In this document: piece after piece, positions 27,940 through 40,100 of the stretch
Layout of the letters: each line of letters begins with the position of its first letter
How positions within the stretch are numbered: the first letter of the stretch is position 1
NCBI GenBank assembly: GCA_002269645.1
Contig: NIVC01001765.1
Span: 15,121 to 79,120 of the forward strand
Direction of reading: 5' to 3'
Length of the DNA stretch: 64,000 nucleotides
Origin: Macrostomum lignano
Lineage: Eukaryota
Program-made: the position numbers and the translations under genes
The notes under the pieces: generated by a model
What the model was told of the DNA's origin: nothing
Database searches by the model: none
What the model saw: only the letters and a program-made list of their open reading frames with translations

Positions 27940-30135
27940 CTGACTCTGGACAGGCCAATTTGACATTTGACGTTGACTTTTCGGTGCACTTTTGATTCTT
28001 TGTAAACAAGTCGATTTTTACGTTTAACACTTGTAACTTCGAATTTAAATGAACAAAGCCGTGGGTGCACACATGAAAACAATTAATTTTTTTAGAAAGC
28101 TTCGAACAAAAGCAAACAAGGCTAAAAAGACCGATGTGGCATGAAGCACAGACCTGTACGCCCCCATTTTGATTGTCGCTTCCATGGATGAAAGAATACT
28201 ATGAATTGCTTATCTGAAAAATTCTATGGACAATGTAGCTGATCGAAACTTGTAATTTAACCCGTAGGAATCTATTAGCTGATTAAAGTTAAAAACAATC
28301 CCTCCGTAAGACTCGATTTGCTGTTCAATCAGTCTGTCAGATGCATCTTTGGACTCCTAGCAGTCAGTAAAGAGCATCGGGCTGTCGATGATGCAGATTC
28401 AACAGCAAATATTATCATAATTGGAGATTATTATGGTATTCTTGCGGAAGTAAATTCCAAGTTTCGATGAGCCAAATTGACCACAGATTATTTCATAAGA
28501 GCAATCCATAGATACGTTGATGTTAATAGTAGATTGTACATGTACGAGTATATGCATGGTTTTGGAGGTAAAAATGATGAATAATTATTGTGCCTAAGTT
28601 CAGTGAAGCCACAAAAGTTTTTTAAATATCGGAATCATTTTCTATGGCAAAACCATATGCACAAGCAAATTTTCTCACGAATGTATTTTAGAAGCCTTAA
28701 ATGACGTTTTCGAAGCGTTAAAGAATGAGCGCCTGAGGAGCGAAGATAAAGTCGAGGTTCACCTCAATACCCAAAATAAACCACTTTGCTGATTTAAAAA
28801 ATAATCAATTGAAACTTTCAAATGTACCGCCTTCTTAAAACTGCCTATCGAATAACGCGGATATTGTGTTTAACGCCTTGAAAATCTCTCAACGGAAGAC
28901 AGAAACGACTCACAAAAAATCTTGGACTGATTTGAATTTCTTAGTCAAAACGCGGTTAAACTGGTTGAGGCTATCAGTCTGGGGAGCATTGCACACGGAC
29001 AGACTTATACTCAGCAACATCGAAAAGTTGCCATCACAGAAGATTCCATCTGTGGTCGCCACTTTTGAGAGTGCAGGTAAAGTCTCTCAATCTTTGCGAG
29101 TGACGCAACTCAGCTACACTGCGGCAGACTTGAGTTGAGGAATGAAGTGAGGGGAGCGGTGTGCGAGGGTTGGACGGATTAAAGCTACCCCGATCAGTTT
29201 TCTCGCATCTTTTATTTCAGAATAGTCCAACAGAAAGTTCTCACTGGCGCATAGAGTGACGACTTTTCAATGTTGCAATTAGAGATTTAGTACCAGAAAT
29301 CAGCGCCCACCGTTAAGAAGCTTACAAGGGATGAAATAAAAATTATTGACTAAACTACATGTAGCTTCTGACCTTTCAGTCTTGGCATCTCATCAATCTC
29401 CCCATTCCCCCATTAGCCTGTACATCGCAGCCATCATCGCCGTAAGCCTTGACACCTCAGCAGTTCCGCTGAGTCCTGACATCTCAGCAATCCCCCGTAA
29501 GCCTTGGCATCTTAACAGTTCTCCCCAAGAGTCACGGCATTACAGCAATCCCCCGAGAATCGACATCTTAGCAGTTACTAATGAATCGGTAATATTCAAA
29601 GCGACGCTTCTTTTATTTTAATCTGACGCTTCTATTTCTTATTCATTTTGTTGATTTTTATTTTAAAAAAGCTTTAAATAAGAACTGATTTTACAACTAA
29701 GATTCGAACCCGGTCGCTGTATTAACATCTAGTTGATGACATGGACTGTGGAACTTATAATTCGACACTCACACCAAATCGGTTAAAGTTTAAAGTCATG
29801 CAAAGCAGTTATGATGTAATCGATTTCTGAGTCAATCAATATCAGTGTCACATAAAAGTTAACAATATGGTTACGCAATCTCAATCAAATGTTTTCCACA
29901 GTGACCCAATTCAATTTAGAGTCACATTCAGCCAGTATACTGACGATAATAAAGCCTGTTATGGTTGACTGTTCTTTTTAGTCAGAGATTATGTCGATGC
30001 TCCAGGAAGCCAGCCAACGGGCAGGGTGTCAGAATGCCATAAACTACGAGCTACTTGCTGACGATGCAAACCGCCGTAATTTCAAACATGGGGCCATCAA
30101 TTGTCGACCAGGGCTATACTATCGATATCAACAAA

Positions 30136-31533
30136 CAGGGGCGTCGCCATGGATTTTACGGTGGAGGGACAAAGCAAAGAATTTTACATGTACATGACAT
30201 GACTAAATTCCTCCATGTAGAATATTTTGAAAATCGGTGTTGTCAGCGCTCAATTTAGCGCCGCAGGCACTCATTTTAGCGCCACAGGCACTCATTTTAG
30301 CTCCACAGGGACTCATTTTAGCGCCACAGGCACTCATTTTAGCGCCACAGGCACTCATTTTAGCTCCACAGGGACTCATTTTAGCGCCGCAGGCACTCAT
30401 TTTAGCGCCGCAGGCACTCATTTTAGCGCCGCAGGCACTCATTTTAGCGCCACAGGCACTCATTTTAGCGCCGCAGGCACTCATTTTAGCGAAACAGGCA
30501 CTCATTTTAGCGCCGCAGGCACTCATTTTAGCGCCGCAGGCACTCATTTTAGCGCCGCAGGCACTCATTTTAGCGCCGCAGGCACTAATTTTAGCGAAAC
30601 AGGCACTCATTTTAGCGCCGCAGGCACTCATTTTAGCGCCGCAGGCACTCATTTTAGCTCCACAGGCACTCATTTTAGCGCCGCAGGCACTCATTTTAGC
30701 GCCGCAGGCACTCATTTTAGCGAAACAGGCACTCATTTTAGCGCCGCAGACACTCATTTTAGCTCCACAGGCACTCATTTTAGCGCCACAGGCACTCATT
30801 TTAGCGAAACAGGCACTCATTTTAGCGCCGCAGACACTCATTTTAGCTCCACAGGCACTCATTTTAGCGCCACAGGCACTCATTTTAGCGAAACAGGCAC
30901 TCATTTTAGCGCCACAGGCACTCATTTTAGCGAAACAGGCACTCATTTTAGCGCCACAGGCACTCATTTTAGCGCCACAGACACTCATTTTAGCGCCACA
31001 GGCACTCATTTTAGCGCCGCAGGCACTCATTTTAGCGCCGCAGGCACTCATTTTAGCTCCACAGGCACTCATTTTAGCGCCGCAGGCACTCATTTTAGCG
31101 CCGCAGGCACTCATTTTGGCGCCGCAGGCACTCATTTTAGCGCCGCAGACACTCATTTTAGCTCCACAGGCACTCATTTTAGCGCCACAGGCACTCATTT
31201 TAGCGCCACAGACACTCATTTTAGCGCCACAGGCACTCATTTTAGCGCCGCAGGCACTCATTTTAGCGCCACAGGCACTCATTTTAGCGCCACAGGCACT
31301 CATTTTAGCGCCACAGGCACTCATTTTAGCGCCGCAGGCACTCATTTTAGCGCCGCAGGCACTCATTTTAGCTCATTATAGGTGCTATATTTAAGCGCCC
31401 TGAAACATAATTATTGCGCTCTCCACAACAGGTCACAAGGTGGATGGAGGAGGGCAAAGCATTGTCATGTCCCCATAGCTTTTACTGGGGGGGGGGACAT
31501 TTCCCCCTTGTCCCCCCGGTGGCGACGCCCTTG
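30136..31533. mobile_element. hAT-like MITE, counterpart of 3773-4225, with an expanded internal array
   Basis: TIRs caggggcgtcgcca / tggcgacgcccttg; flanks tcaacaaa / tgaacaag. Confidence 0.7.
30250..31375. repeat. 21-bp minisatellite (cactcattttagcgccgcagg), about 54 units
   Basis: Direct; a few recurrent variants (gcgaaa, gctcca, agac). Confidence 0.98.
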
Positions 31534-33167
31534 TGAACAAGTTTATGCTTCATTTTTATTCAATCTTAATTCATTCAAAAATACTCCATTCGTTAATCAA
31601 TCGAGAACTGGATAAGAAAATTTACGAATGAATAAAGACTTGCACATATCAAACAAAAGGTCCTATTGCTTGAATATATTTATTTTTACTGATCAATACA
31701 AAAATATTCATATCTCTCTCTCAGTCTCTCCTGTTCCCCGGTCTCTCCCAATTTCTTCACGTTTCTTAAAATCTTTCCCAGTCTCTTCTTAATCTCTCTT
31801 AATCTCTCACAAGCTCTCCGCAGTCTCTCTCATTTTTTTCAGTTCCTTCCAAAAAACTTTCCCAGTGTTTCAAGTCTCTGAAAAGTCTCTGGTCACCTAC
31901 TTTGCTGCAAGCTGTATTCAAGGTCTCCATTACTCTAGCCTTACAGCTGCGACCAATTAGTGGGATCGGCTGAAAGTTCATTAAGTTTTTAGAACTTACT
32001 TTTAGGTCTTCCAGTCTGCTAGTTGTGCGTATTTTTTGTGAAAATACATGATAAAATAAAATCGATCATTGAATATCCCAAATAGACAAATTTTGTACCA
32101 GTTAACCATGCGTTTTCCAATTTGGTAGGTATTATCTCAATTAGCCCAAATAAGTTATCAAAATTACCAACCAAGTTATTATCTTGATTACAATGCTAAT
32201 TAAAAAAATGGATTCCTATAGTACTCATAGGTAAGCCGCCTCAAAGCCCAGACTAAAGTGTGCAATGGTGTGCAAGTGTTCCCAGCGCGGGATGCCAGTG
32301 GCGTAACTTGCAGTTGCAATCGGATCGGAGAGAAATGGCTGACTAGATCACGGTCAGGGTGAATACTTTTTAATGTCCAGCAGTATACATGTATACATTA
32401 ATAGATATGTAGATAGGTCTTATTATTTGTAAAGTTTTAAAGTTGAGCTAATTTGTTGTTGGATACGTACTATCAATATCCTCGATTTTTACGTTAAGAT
32501 CTTATCGGTTGCTAAATGAATTCCGTCATTTTTTGCGTCGATCCTGTCGCTTTTTAAACAATCATTGAGCAATTTTCGCCTATCTTACCACCATTTAGAT
32601 CAATCTTGGCACCGCTTAGACCCTTGTTGGGACGCCAATTTCTATGCAGCTAAAATATTTAAACTTTATTTTTATTACGCATCCTTTTTAGCGCCTGCGC
32701 AGTGTAATTCGTTATCGCAATATAAACTGGCTTGGAACATCATAACTTGTTTTAATCAACTCTCTTAAGACATAGGCTAGGGATACAGGAGCATACAAAG
32801 GCTCAGTTTTGTAATTTTTGCGAGCGTATGTTCAACCGATAACGTTATCAGTTTGACTAAGCCAAAGCTCAAAAGCAGGAGCTAACATTTTTTTGCGTTA
32901 GAGAAATAAAGTTCTCAAAGAAGTTAGGAAAGTTGTAGCTCAAAATTTGGCAATACTGTTTAAATACTATTATAAACATTAATTATTAGTCTCATTTTAG
33001 TTGCCAGGACTATCGATTGCCAAATGTCATGCTAATGACTAAAGTGGTTCTAGTCGCCTTTCTGATCCGGTGAGGCTTGATAAGCTGGAGTGATTTTTTA
33101 ATCAAGATATTTTTCATTCTTAGTATACTTCACTTCAACCAATACCGGTACGCTTAATTAGTTTATA

Positions 33168-33195
33168 TAGTAAGTTAGTTAGTTAGTCAGTTAGC

Positions 33196-33230
<35 letters not shown>

Positions 33231-33577
33231 CTAGTTAGTTAGTTAGTTAATTAGTCAGTTAGCTAGTTAGTTAGTTAGTTAATTAGTCAGTTAGCTAGTT
33301 AGTTAGTTAGTTAGTTAGTGTCGTGTAGCTACAAGTATGTGCATGCACTCAGTACGAGTATTTGTACTTTCCTATTATTTCTTTCTCTATTATTATCTAC
33401 GCAAGCTTGGCACGTTAGGTTTGAGTTATTGCTATTTGAGTTATGGGCAAATTGTGTACGCTTAAATTATGCCATCACTCTCGCGCACGTAGCATCGCTT
33501 TACAATATAAATACAGACATCAGAGCTCTCTCGTAGTCTTCAACCACTTTAAACAAGCAGCATAGCTGATTTACTAC

Positions 33578-33614
<37 letters not shown>

Positions 33615-33669
33615 TTTAGTTAGTTAGTTAGTTAGTTAGTTAGTCAGTTAGTCAGTTAGTCAGTCAGTT
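33168..33669. repeat. (TAGT)n microsatellite (mirror of 223-715) split by a solo LTR
   Basis: Direct. Confidence 0.97.
33319..33578 (+). mobile_element. Probable solo LTR (260 bp)
   Basis: TG...CA ends (tgtcgt...actaca), gttag on both flanks, TATA-like tataaata at 33506; absent from the left arm. Orientation is inferred from the TATA box only. Confidence 0.6.
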
Positions 33670-33915
33670 GCACGCCATCGCAAATGCTTTTCACAGCGGC
33701 TGTCTTGGCTTCAGTGCGACAGAAAGTCTGTTTGACATCGGTGGAGATGACCTCAACTTTGTCAGTTCGCCAGTGTCAATGCAAGACAATTTTCAATTCA
33801 CTGAGACCGACATCCTCGAGGAGCTGTACAATACGACTCGAGTGACCAAGCGGTCCACTCGATCTAACCTGTGCACCTATCAGAGAAGCGAGACGCAATA
33901 TTATCGATCGTAAGC

Positions 33916-34107
33916 ACGAACACTACTTTGCTTTTCCTACTACTATTTTTTCTAGCCTTTTCACTGACTCTGCTTTCGTTGCCTTTACACCAAACAGACG
34001 GAGCAGGTTGGGGCGGAGGAGGCAGAAGTCTCGAACTATTATAGTTAATTATCAGGACTGCTGTCCCGGTTGGGGTCGCTACGCTGGAGAGCCGTCCTGT
34101 TTACGCG
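33916..34107 (+). CDS. Putative exon 1 of copy 3 (signal peptide plus CCPGW)
   Basis: (ACG)NTTLLFLLLFFLAFSLTLLSLPLHQTDGAGW, then after one missing G, GRRRQKSRTIIVNYQDCCPGWGRYAGEPSCLR G/gtgagt; splices in phase 1 to ttccag/CAATCTGC at 44551, giving R-A-I-C. Confidence 0.75.
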
Positions 34108-37100
34108 GTGAGTTGCACCAACGAGTAGAATATTCACTTAATTAAAATTAAATATTTACGGTTTTAAGTTTTGGTTTCGTTCTGAAGACTTTCCTTTACG
34201 TCTGTGGCTATCAAAACTTGACCTACATGTACGAGCATTCAACATCAGACGTAAAACTTTCATGATGACCTTGACCCAACCATTAAACAATAATGTTAGG
34301 CTTATGTGGGCATCGCTGAGATGTCAAGGGGGTAATTGATATGTTAAGGCTTGTGGGGGGAATCCTCTATGTAGGGATGACAAGAAGAACAATGAGAGAT
34401 ACAATGAGCCAACAACAGGTCAAATATTAACAGAAGTCGTTACTTCGGGGTCAGCGCACTTTCTCACCCCCAACAACTCGATTGCAAATTTTGTCACCAT
34501 TGCCTCGTAACAAAATCAAACTAAGGGAAGAAATCTGGATAAAAAACTGAGGACTGACAAACTGCCGGGTACGAACATCAGAGTGGACAACCATCTTCTC
34601 CGACCCATCCTTCTGGTCCTTCATTTTCACCCATCTTCTGTCTGGCTCGCCAACGAGATTGCTAAAAACTTTTGTAAGACCGTGGGTTGAGTTGCAGTGA
34701 ATAACAAAACGTGAGGAGACCTCACTGGCTCACGCCAATATATTTATTGCCAAAGTTAGGGTGGGTGTAACCACCCTAAGCACACACGCTGCAGCGCTAA
34801 ACCCCAACCCCCAAACCAGCCAGACGTGCACATCTAAGTGCACGCGCACCAACAAGCCAGACTACACTAATTTCCCCCTAGAAGCAAAAGACAGTTACCG
34901 AGTCAAGCAAGTCCGCCATGTACAAGTCAGGTGGCCGCCGCTCTCTCGCCGACCTCCGCGGAACCGTGACCGGCTCGGCCGGTGCCGCCGGTGGCTCCTC
35001 TGGTGCCTCGTCTGCCTGCAGCTCGGGCCAGAAGGTCACCGCGTCGCCGCCAGGATCGGCTGCCTGCCCGGGCGGCTCTGCGGCGGTGCCGTCGTTGTCG
35101 TAGTCGGCGGCCGGCTCCAGTGACGCCCGCCGCTGCACGAAGCGCTTGAGACGGTTGTGGTGCACCACCAGCCGGCGCCTGCGGCCGGTCTCGTCCTGGA
35201 TGCGGTAATTGACCTCGCCCAGGCGCCTCAGGACTGTACGGCCCCTTCCACTTGGCGCTCAGGCACCGCGTCTGGCTGCGCTTGATGACTGAGTTGCGCA
35301 GCATCACGAGCTGGCCCTCTTCGAACGGTACGAACCGAGAGTCCTGGTTGGCCAGCCGGTTGCGCTCGACCTGGGCGCTCCGCGATCGGCCGTGCACCGT
35401 GTCGAAGGCGCTCTGCAGATTCTCCTGAGTCCTCCGCAGGAAGCCGTGATGTCCACAGTCGGCTGCCGGCCGGTCGCCACTTATCAGCCAGCTGTCAAGA
35501 GCCAGCCTCGGTGGCCAGCCGTAGAGGACCTGGTACGGACTGAGGCCGTTGGTGCTGTGCACGGAGGTGTTGTAGGCCCAGGCCACATACTGCAGCTTGC
35601 TGTCCCAATCCTGCTGGTTCTCCGCTGCTCGCCAGCATGTCGCCGATGGTCCGGTTTCCTCGCTCGACGATTCCCGATTCCGTTGCCGCTCGGATAAAAC
35701 GGTGACGTGCGCGTCTTCTCGACGCCCAGCTGCTCACAGAGCCGGCTGAAGACCTCGCTCTCGAATTGCCGTCCCTGGTCACTGTGCAGCACCCGAAGAG
35801 CGCCGTGACGCAGAACCACCAACTTGAGCAGGGCATCCGCCACCGTCACCGCGATGATCACCGCCAGGGCTGACGTCTCCATCCACTTGGAGAAGGCGTC
35901 GCGCATGCTCAGAATGTACGTCTTGCTATCAGTCGTACGCGGAAGCGGCCCTTTGATGTCGATCTGCACCAGCTGCCACGGAGCCGTCGGCTGGCACGTC
36001 GACTGCAGCGGCGCCTTCTGCGGCTTGGTTAGACTTTTCTTGGCCAGGCAGACCGCGCAGCTGGCCACCCAGTTCTCGACGTCCCGTCGCAGACCAGGCC
36101 ACCAGCAGCGCTCAGACAACCTCACCCTGGTCCTGTCGACGTCGAGATGTCCGCTCTGGTCGCACGAGTGCGCCTGCTGCAGGAAATGTGGCCGCAGGTG
36201 ATTACTGGCCGGCCACTCACCAGCAGGACACCCGCCGAGCTCACCGAGGCCTCGTCCAGCAGCTCGCGAACCTGCGCCGCCCATGAATCGGACAGGCTGT
36301 CAATCCCTTCGGTCAGCGCCTGGAACGCCTTGCTCAGCAATGGGTCTTGCAGTTGCTCCTCGTGCAGGCGGCTGTCGTCCCACCGAGGCAGTGGCCGGTG
36401 GTCCGAGTAGACTCTGAAGCTCGGGAAACACAGCAGGTACGTCCTGAAGTGCTTCAGACTCCACACCAGCGCCAACAGCTCGCGGTCTTGACTTACTTGA
36501 CTTAGCTGCAGGGCTGTCCCGGAGGGGACACAGCGGGAAGGCGCGAGCGCCCATTCCGCTAGTCCCTGAACGGCCGACGCGTCGCTATGGACGGAGGGTT
36601 GGCGCCGCCCAGGGAGGTCCCCCAGTGTCGCCAGCAGCTATAATGCTCTCTGGAAAGGAGAGTTCAGCCCTGCGGGTGGCCCGAAGGTAGCGCATGAGCT
36701 GATTAAAGTTTTCGGGTTTGCACGCTTCAGTAATAGATGTGTGTGGCCCGAGGTAAGTGAGTCTGGCCCGCGTGAAGGCGGGACAGATGCTGACGAAATG
36801 CTCAGCGGTTTCGTCACCTGAGTTGCAGAAACTGCAGGTGGCGTTGGTGGCGTTGCCCTGCAGGTACTGGTGCCTGGAGAAGCAGCCGTGACCAGAGAGG
36901 GTCATGGTGGCAGCCCGGATGTCTCTGCGCGAGAGGCGCAAGAGGAGCTTCCGGAGCTGGTGAGAGGGCTGAGGGACAGCGCCTCTGGATTGCCTGCAGT
37001 TCGTGCGGTTCGCCCAAGTCGAGCGGTGCTGAGTCCTGATCCACGCTTTGATGCGCGAGTCGATGACACAGCCAGGAATCGGGACAAGAGGTTCGGGGCC

Positions 37101-40100
37101 GAGAGAGGAGCCGGAGGCACCAACTTTTGCAAGGTGCCAACTCATTTCCTCGGATCCCCACATGCCCCGGAACCCACTTAAGGGTAATTTTGTTGGCGGA
37201 ACCCAACACGTTGAGAAGTTTGATACAGTCGAGGACTGTAGCAGAGTTGGTGCTGCAGCCACTGATGGCGTGCAAGGCAGCTTGGCTGTCCGAATGGAAA
37301 ATAATGTTCTTGCCAGTAACGCCAGTGGCGAGAAGCTCTGCAGTGCAGGAGCTGATGGCCAGAACTTCATTTTGGAAAACACTGGAGTTGACCCCAGTGT
37401 ATTGAGCGTGGGTAGCGATGACCCTCCCGTTCAGAAAGATTCCAACACCAAAGCCGGTGTTGGCTGACTGCTTAGAACCGTCGGTGTAGCAATGAAGCTC
37501 ACCAGGGTTCCATTGGTCATTGATGTTATCGCGCGGGTCGATAGCTACGGAGTAGCGCTGTCTCAGGTTGAGCGTTGAGGCAATGCCATCGGTGAAGACG
37601 CGATTGGCCTGACACTCGTTGAGAAAGTTGAGGCACAGATCGCTATGCGGGACAAGGTTCCGCTTAGCAGGTGCTCTCATGTAAATGAATTTGACGCCGG
37701 CATCAATTAGACGCCGCGTCGTTCTAGCCGCCTCACCCCTGATGAAGAGGTCAAGAGGCGGAAGATTAAGGAAGGCCCCCATGCCAGCAAAGGGCGTGGA
37801 CCTGGTGGCGTTGCAGATGAGCCTACACGCTCTGCCTTGGATCGTGTTGAGCAGGTCTGCATGGCTTTTGACCTGGGTAGCGCTAACCCAGACAACAGAG
37901 GCGTACGTAATGGCAGGTCTAACTACGGAAGTATAGATCCACCAAAGCCGCTTTGGGGATAGACCCCAAGAAGTGCCAAGTGCTCGTCGGAGCTGGGCCA
38001 GGATGGCTGAGGCACGCTTGGCTTTTGCTTTCACGTGGAGGACCAGTTGAGCCGGTGGTCAAGTATGACCCCGAGACATCTGGTCTGGTGCGCGAAGGCA
38101 ATATCTCTGCCGTAGAGCTGCAGAGGACGTATGTTCCAGCGTAGTCTGCTGGTAAACATAATGGCAACGGTTTTGGGCTCAGAGAGTTCCAGACCATTGT
38201 CATTGGCCCAGGATTCTGCTTTGCGGATAAAGCTCTGCATCAGATCCCTGAGCGTGCTGGGAGACGGTCCTGCCACAATGGCCGTGACGTCATCAGCATA
38301 CCCGACTTTGAAGACGGGGTCGGGTCGGGAGTCACTCAAAAGAGCGTCCATGACCAGGTTCCAGAGCGTCGGGGTGAGGACTCCGCCTTGGGGTCCACCC
38401 TTACAGACTCTGGTGGAGGCAGTTTGCCCAAGAAGTTGGGCAGTGACCGTACGGTTGGAGATCATGTACATGATCCACCGTATGAGGGTAGCATGAGCTT
38501 TGCGATTTTGAAGGGCCCTCTGAAACGCTTCAAAGATAACGTTGTCGAAGGCGCCAACAATGTCAAGAAAGAGAGCCAGAGCGTAACCGTCACCCAGTAC
38601 CGCCCTTTCAATCTTCTCGACAATCGCATGCAGGGCGCTGTCAGTCGACCTCCCGGTACGGAAGGCGTGCTGATTATTGCTGAGGGGCATCGCTGTCAGC
38701 TCGCAGGACAGCAGCCGCCAGAGAATAAGCCTCTCAGTGAGCTTAAGCATGCTGACGTTAAGCTAATAGGCCGGAAGGCCTTGACGCTTTGGTAGTCACC
38801 CTTCCCAGGTTTGGGAATAAAGACTACCCGAGCTTCAGTCCAGCATTTGGGAACGTATCCCAGCTGGATAGAGGCCGCATAAGATTGCGGGTGAGTCTCA
38901 GGAACGAGGGTATCTTGGCTGCTTCACGAAGGAGAACAGGGTAGATACCATCAGGTCCAGGAGATTTGAAGGGTTTGAAGGTTCTGACCGCACGAGCGAT
39001 TAGGTCTTCAGTGACAATGCCCGCCGCTAGGGTGGCTCCATCCATCGAATGGTTGGGCTCCGGTCTAGCAGTAGGTACCCTCGGGAAGAATGTGCTAAGC
39101 ATATGCTGAAGCACTTCTTCAGGGTCTTTAGTAAGAGAGCCATCATCTTTTTTGATCATGGCTAATTTGGACATTTTGTCCATTGTAAGGGCCTTGACAA
39201 GCCTAGAAGTAGGTCTGTCTTGATCCAATTCATTGCAGAATTGGCGCCACTTACATTCCTTGGCCTTGCGCACTTCAGATTTGAAATTGCGGGAGGCTTG
39301 CCGGAAAAGCTCCATGTCCTCCGGGTTTCCGGTCTTCATGGCACGGCGATGAAGGCTTTTGGCCTTCCGCCTGAGTTTCCCCAGCTCCGGGTTCCACCAC
39401 GGCGCCGAGGTCTTGCCTTTGTAGGCGCGAGCAGGACAAGCCGCTACGTAGGCTGCAATAATGCAACCTGTCAGCGTCTCAGCCATATGATCCACATCCT
39501 CGCAGGTCTCAATCGGACGTAAGTCCGTGAGTTCCTGCAGGTGCAGATCAAGGGCAGCCTTGTAGGCCGCCCAATCAGTGTTGCGGATATTGCGCCTCCA
39601 AGTGATCGGAGACTGGGTTTTAGTGTCCGCGATGTTAAAGGCGATAAAGCAGTGGTCAGACAGGGAGGGCTCCTCAGACCAGACTCTCCACTCCTCAACT
39701 CTGTCAAAGAGTCTTGGGGTAACGAGTGTGGCGTCGAGGACCTCGGTCCATCTGCCATTATTAAAGGTAGGAGTGTTGCCGCGGTTGCAGAGCATGAGGT
39801 TTGTGTTAGAGATGAGGGCCAGAAGCTCCTCTCCTCTAGTGTTGGTATCTTTGCTGCCCCAGTGCTTGTGGTGCGCGTTGAGGTCGCCCCCTAAGCACAG
39901 CTCAGCGTTCTGGGACTCGCAGTACTGCGCGAGGCGCAGTAAACTCTCAGGAGCAGGGTCTCTGTCGCCTGGGATATAAACCGAGGCAACAAGACACGTA
40001 CGCGGAGAGAAATGATTAGATTGGATGACGCAAAGGTCTCCATCAGAGAGATCAGTCCTCAGCCAAGCCTGGAGATGGCTAGCAGCGAGGATAGCCGCTC

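Larger units (their letters stand above)
18609..33891 (+). repeat. Right arm of the ~15 kb inverted duplication
   Basis: See left arm; arms differ by indels at 27254-27613, 28294-28722, 30250-31375, 32160-32545 and 33319-33578. Confidence 0.95.

Noticed and set aside
28294-28722. 429-bp arm-specific segment flanked by ttaaa as a piggyBac insertion
   Set aside because: No CCC/GGG termini or TIRs; better explained as a microhomology-mediated deletion in the left arm.
30203-31394. Three long repetitive ORFs (MSACGAK, FSAAGTH, LILAPQA) as proteins; the array as CRISPR
   Set aside because: A 21-bp unit without stops opens several frames; it lies inside a TIR-bounded MITE and is only ~8 units in the other arm; there are no unique spacers or cas genes.
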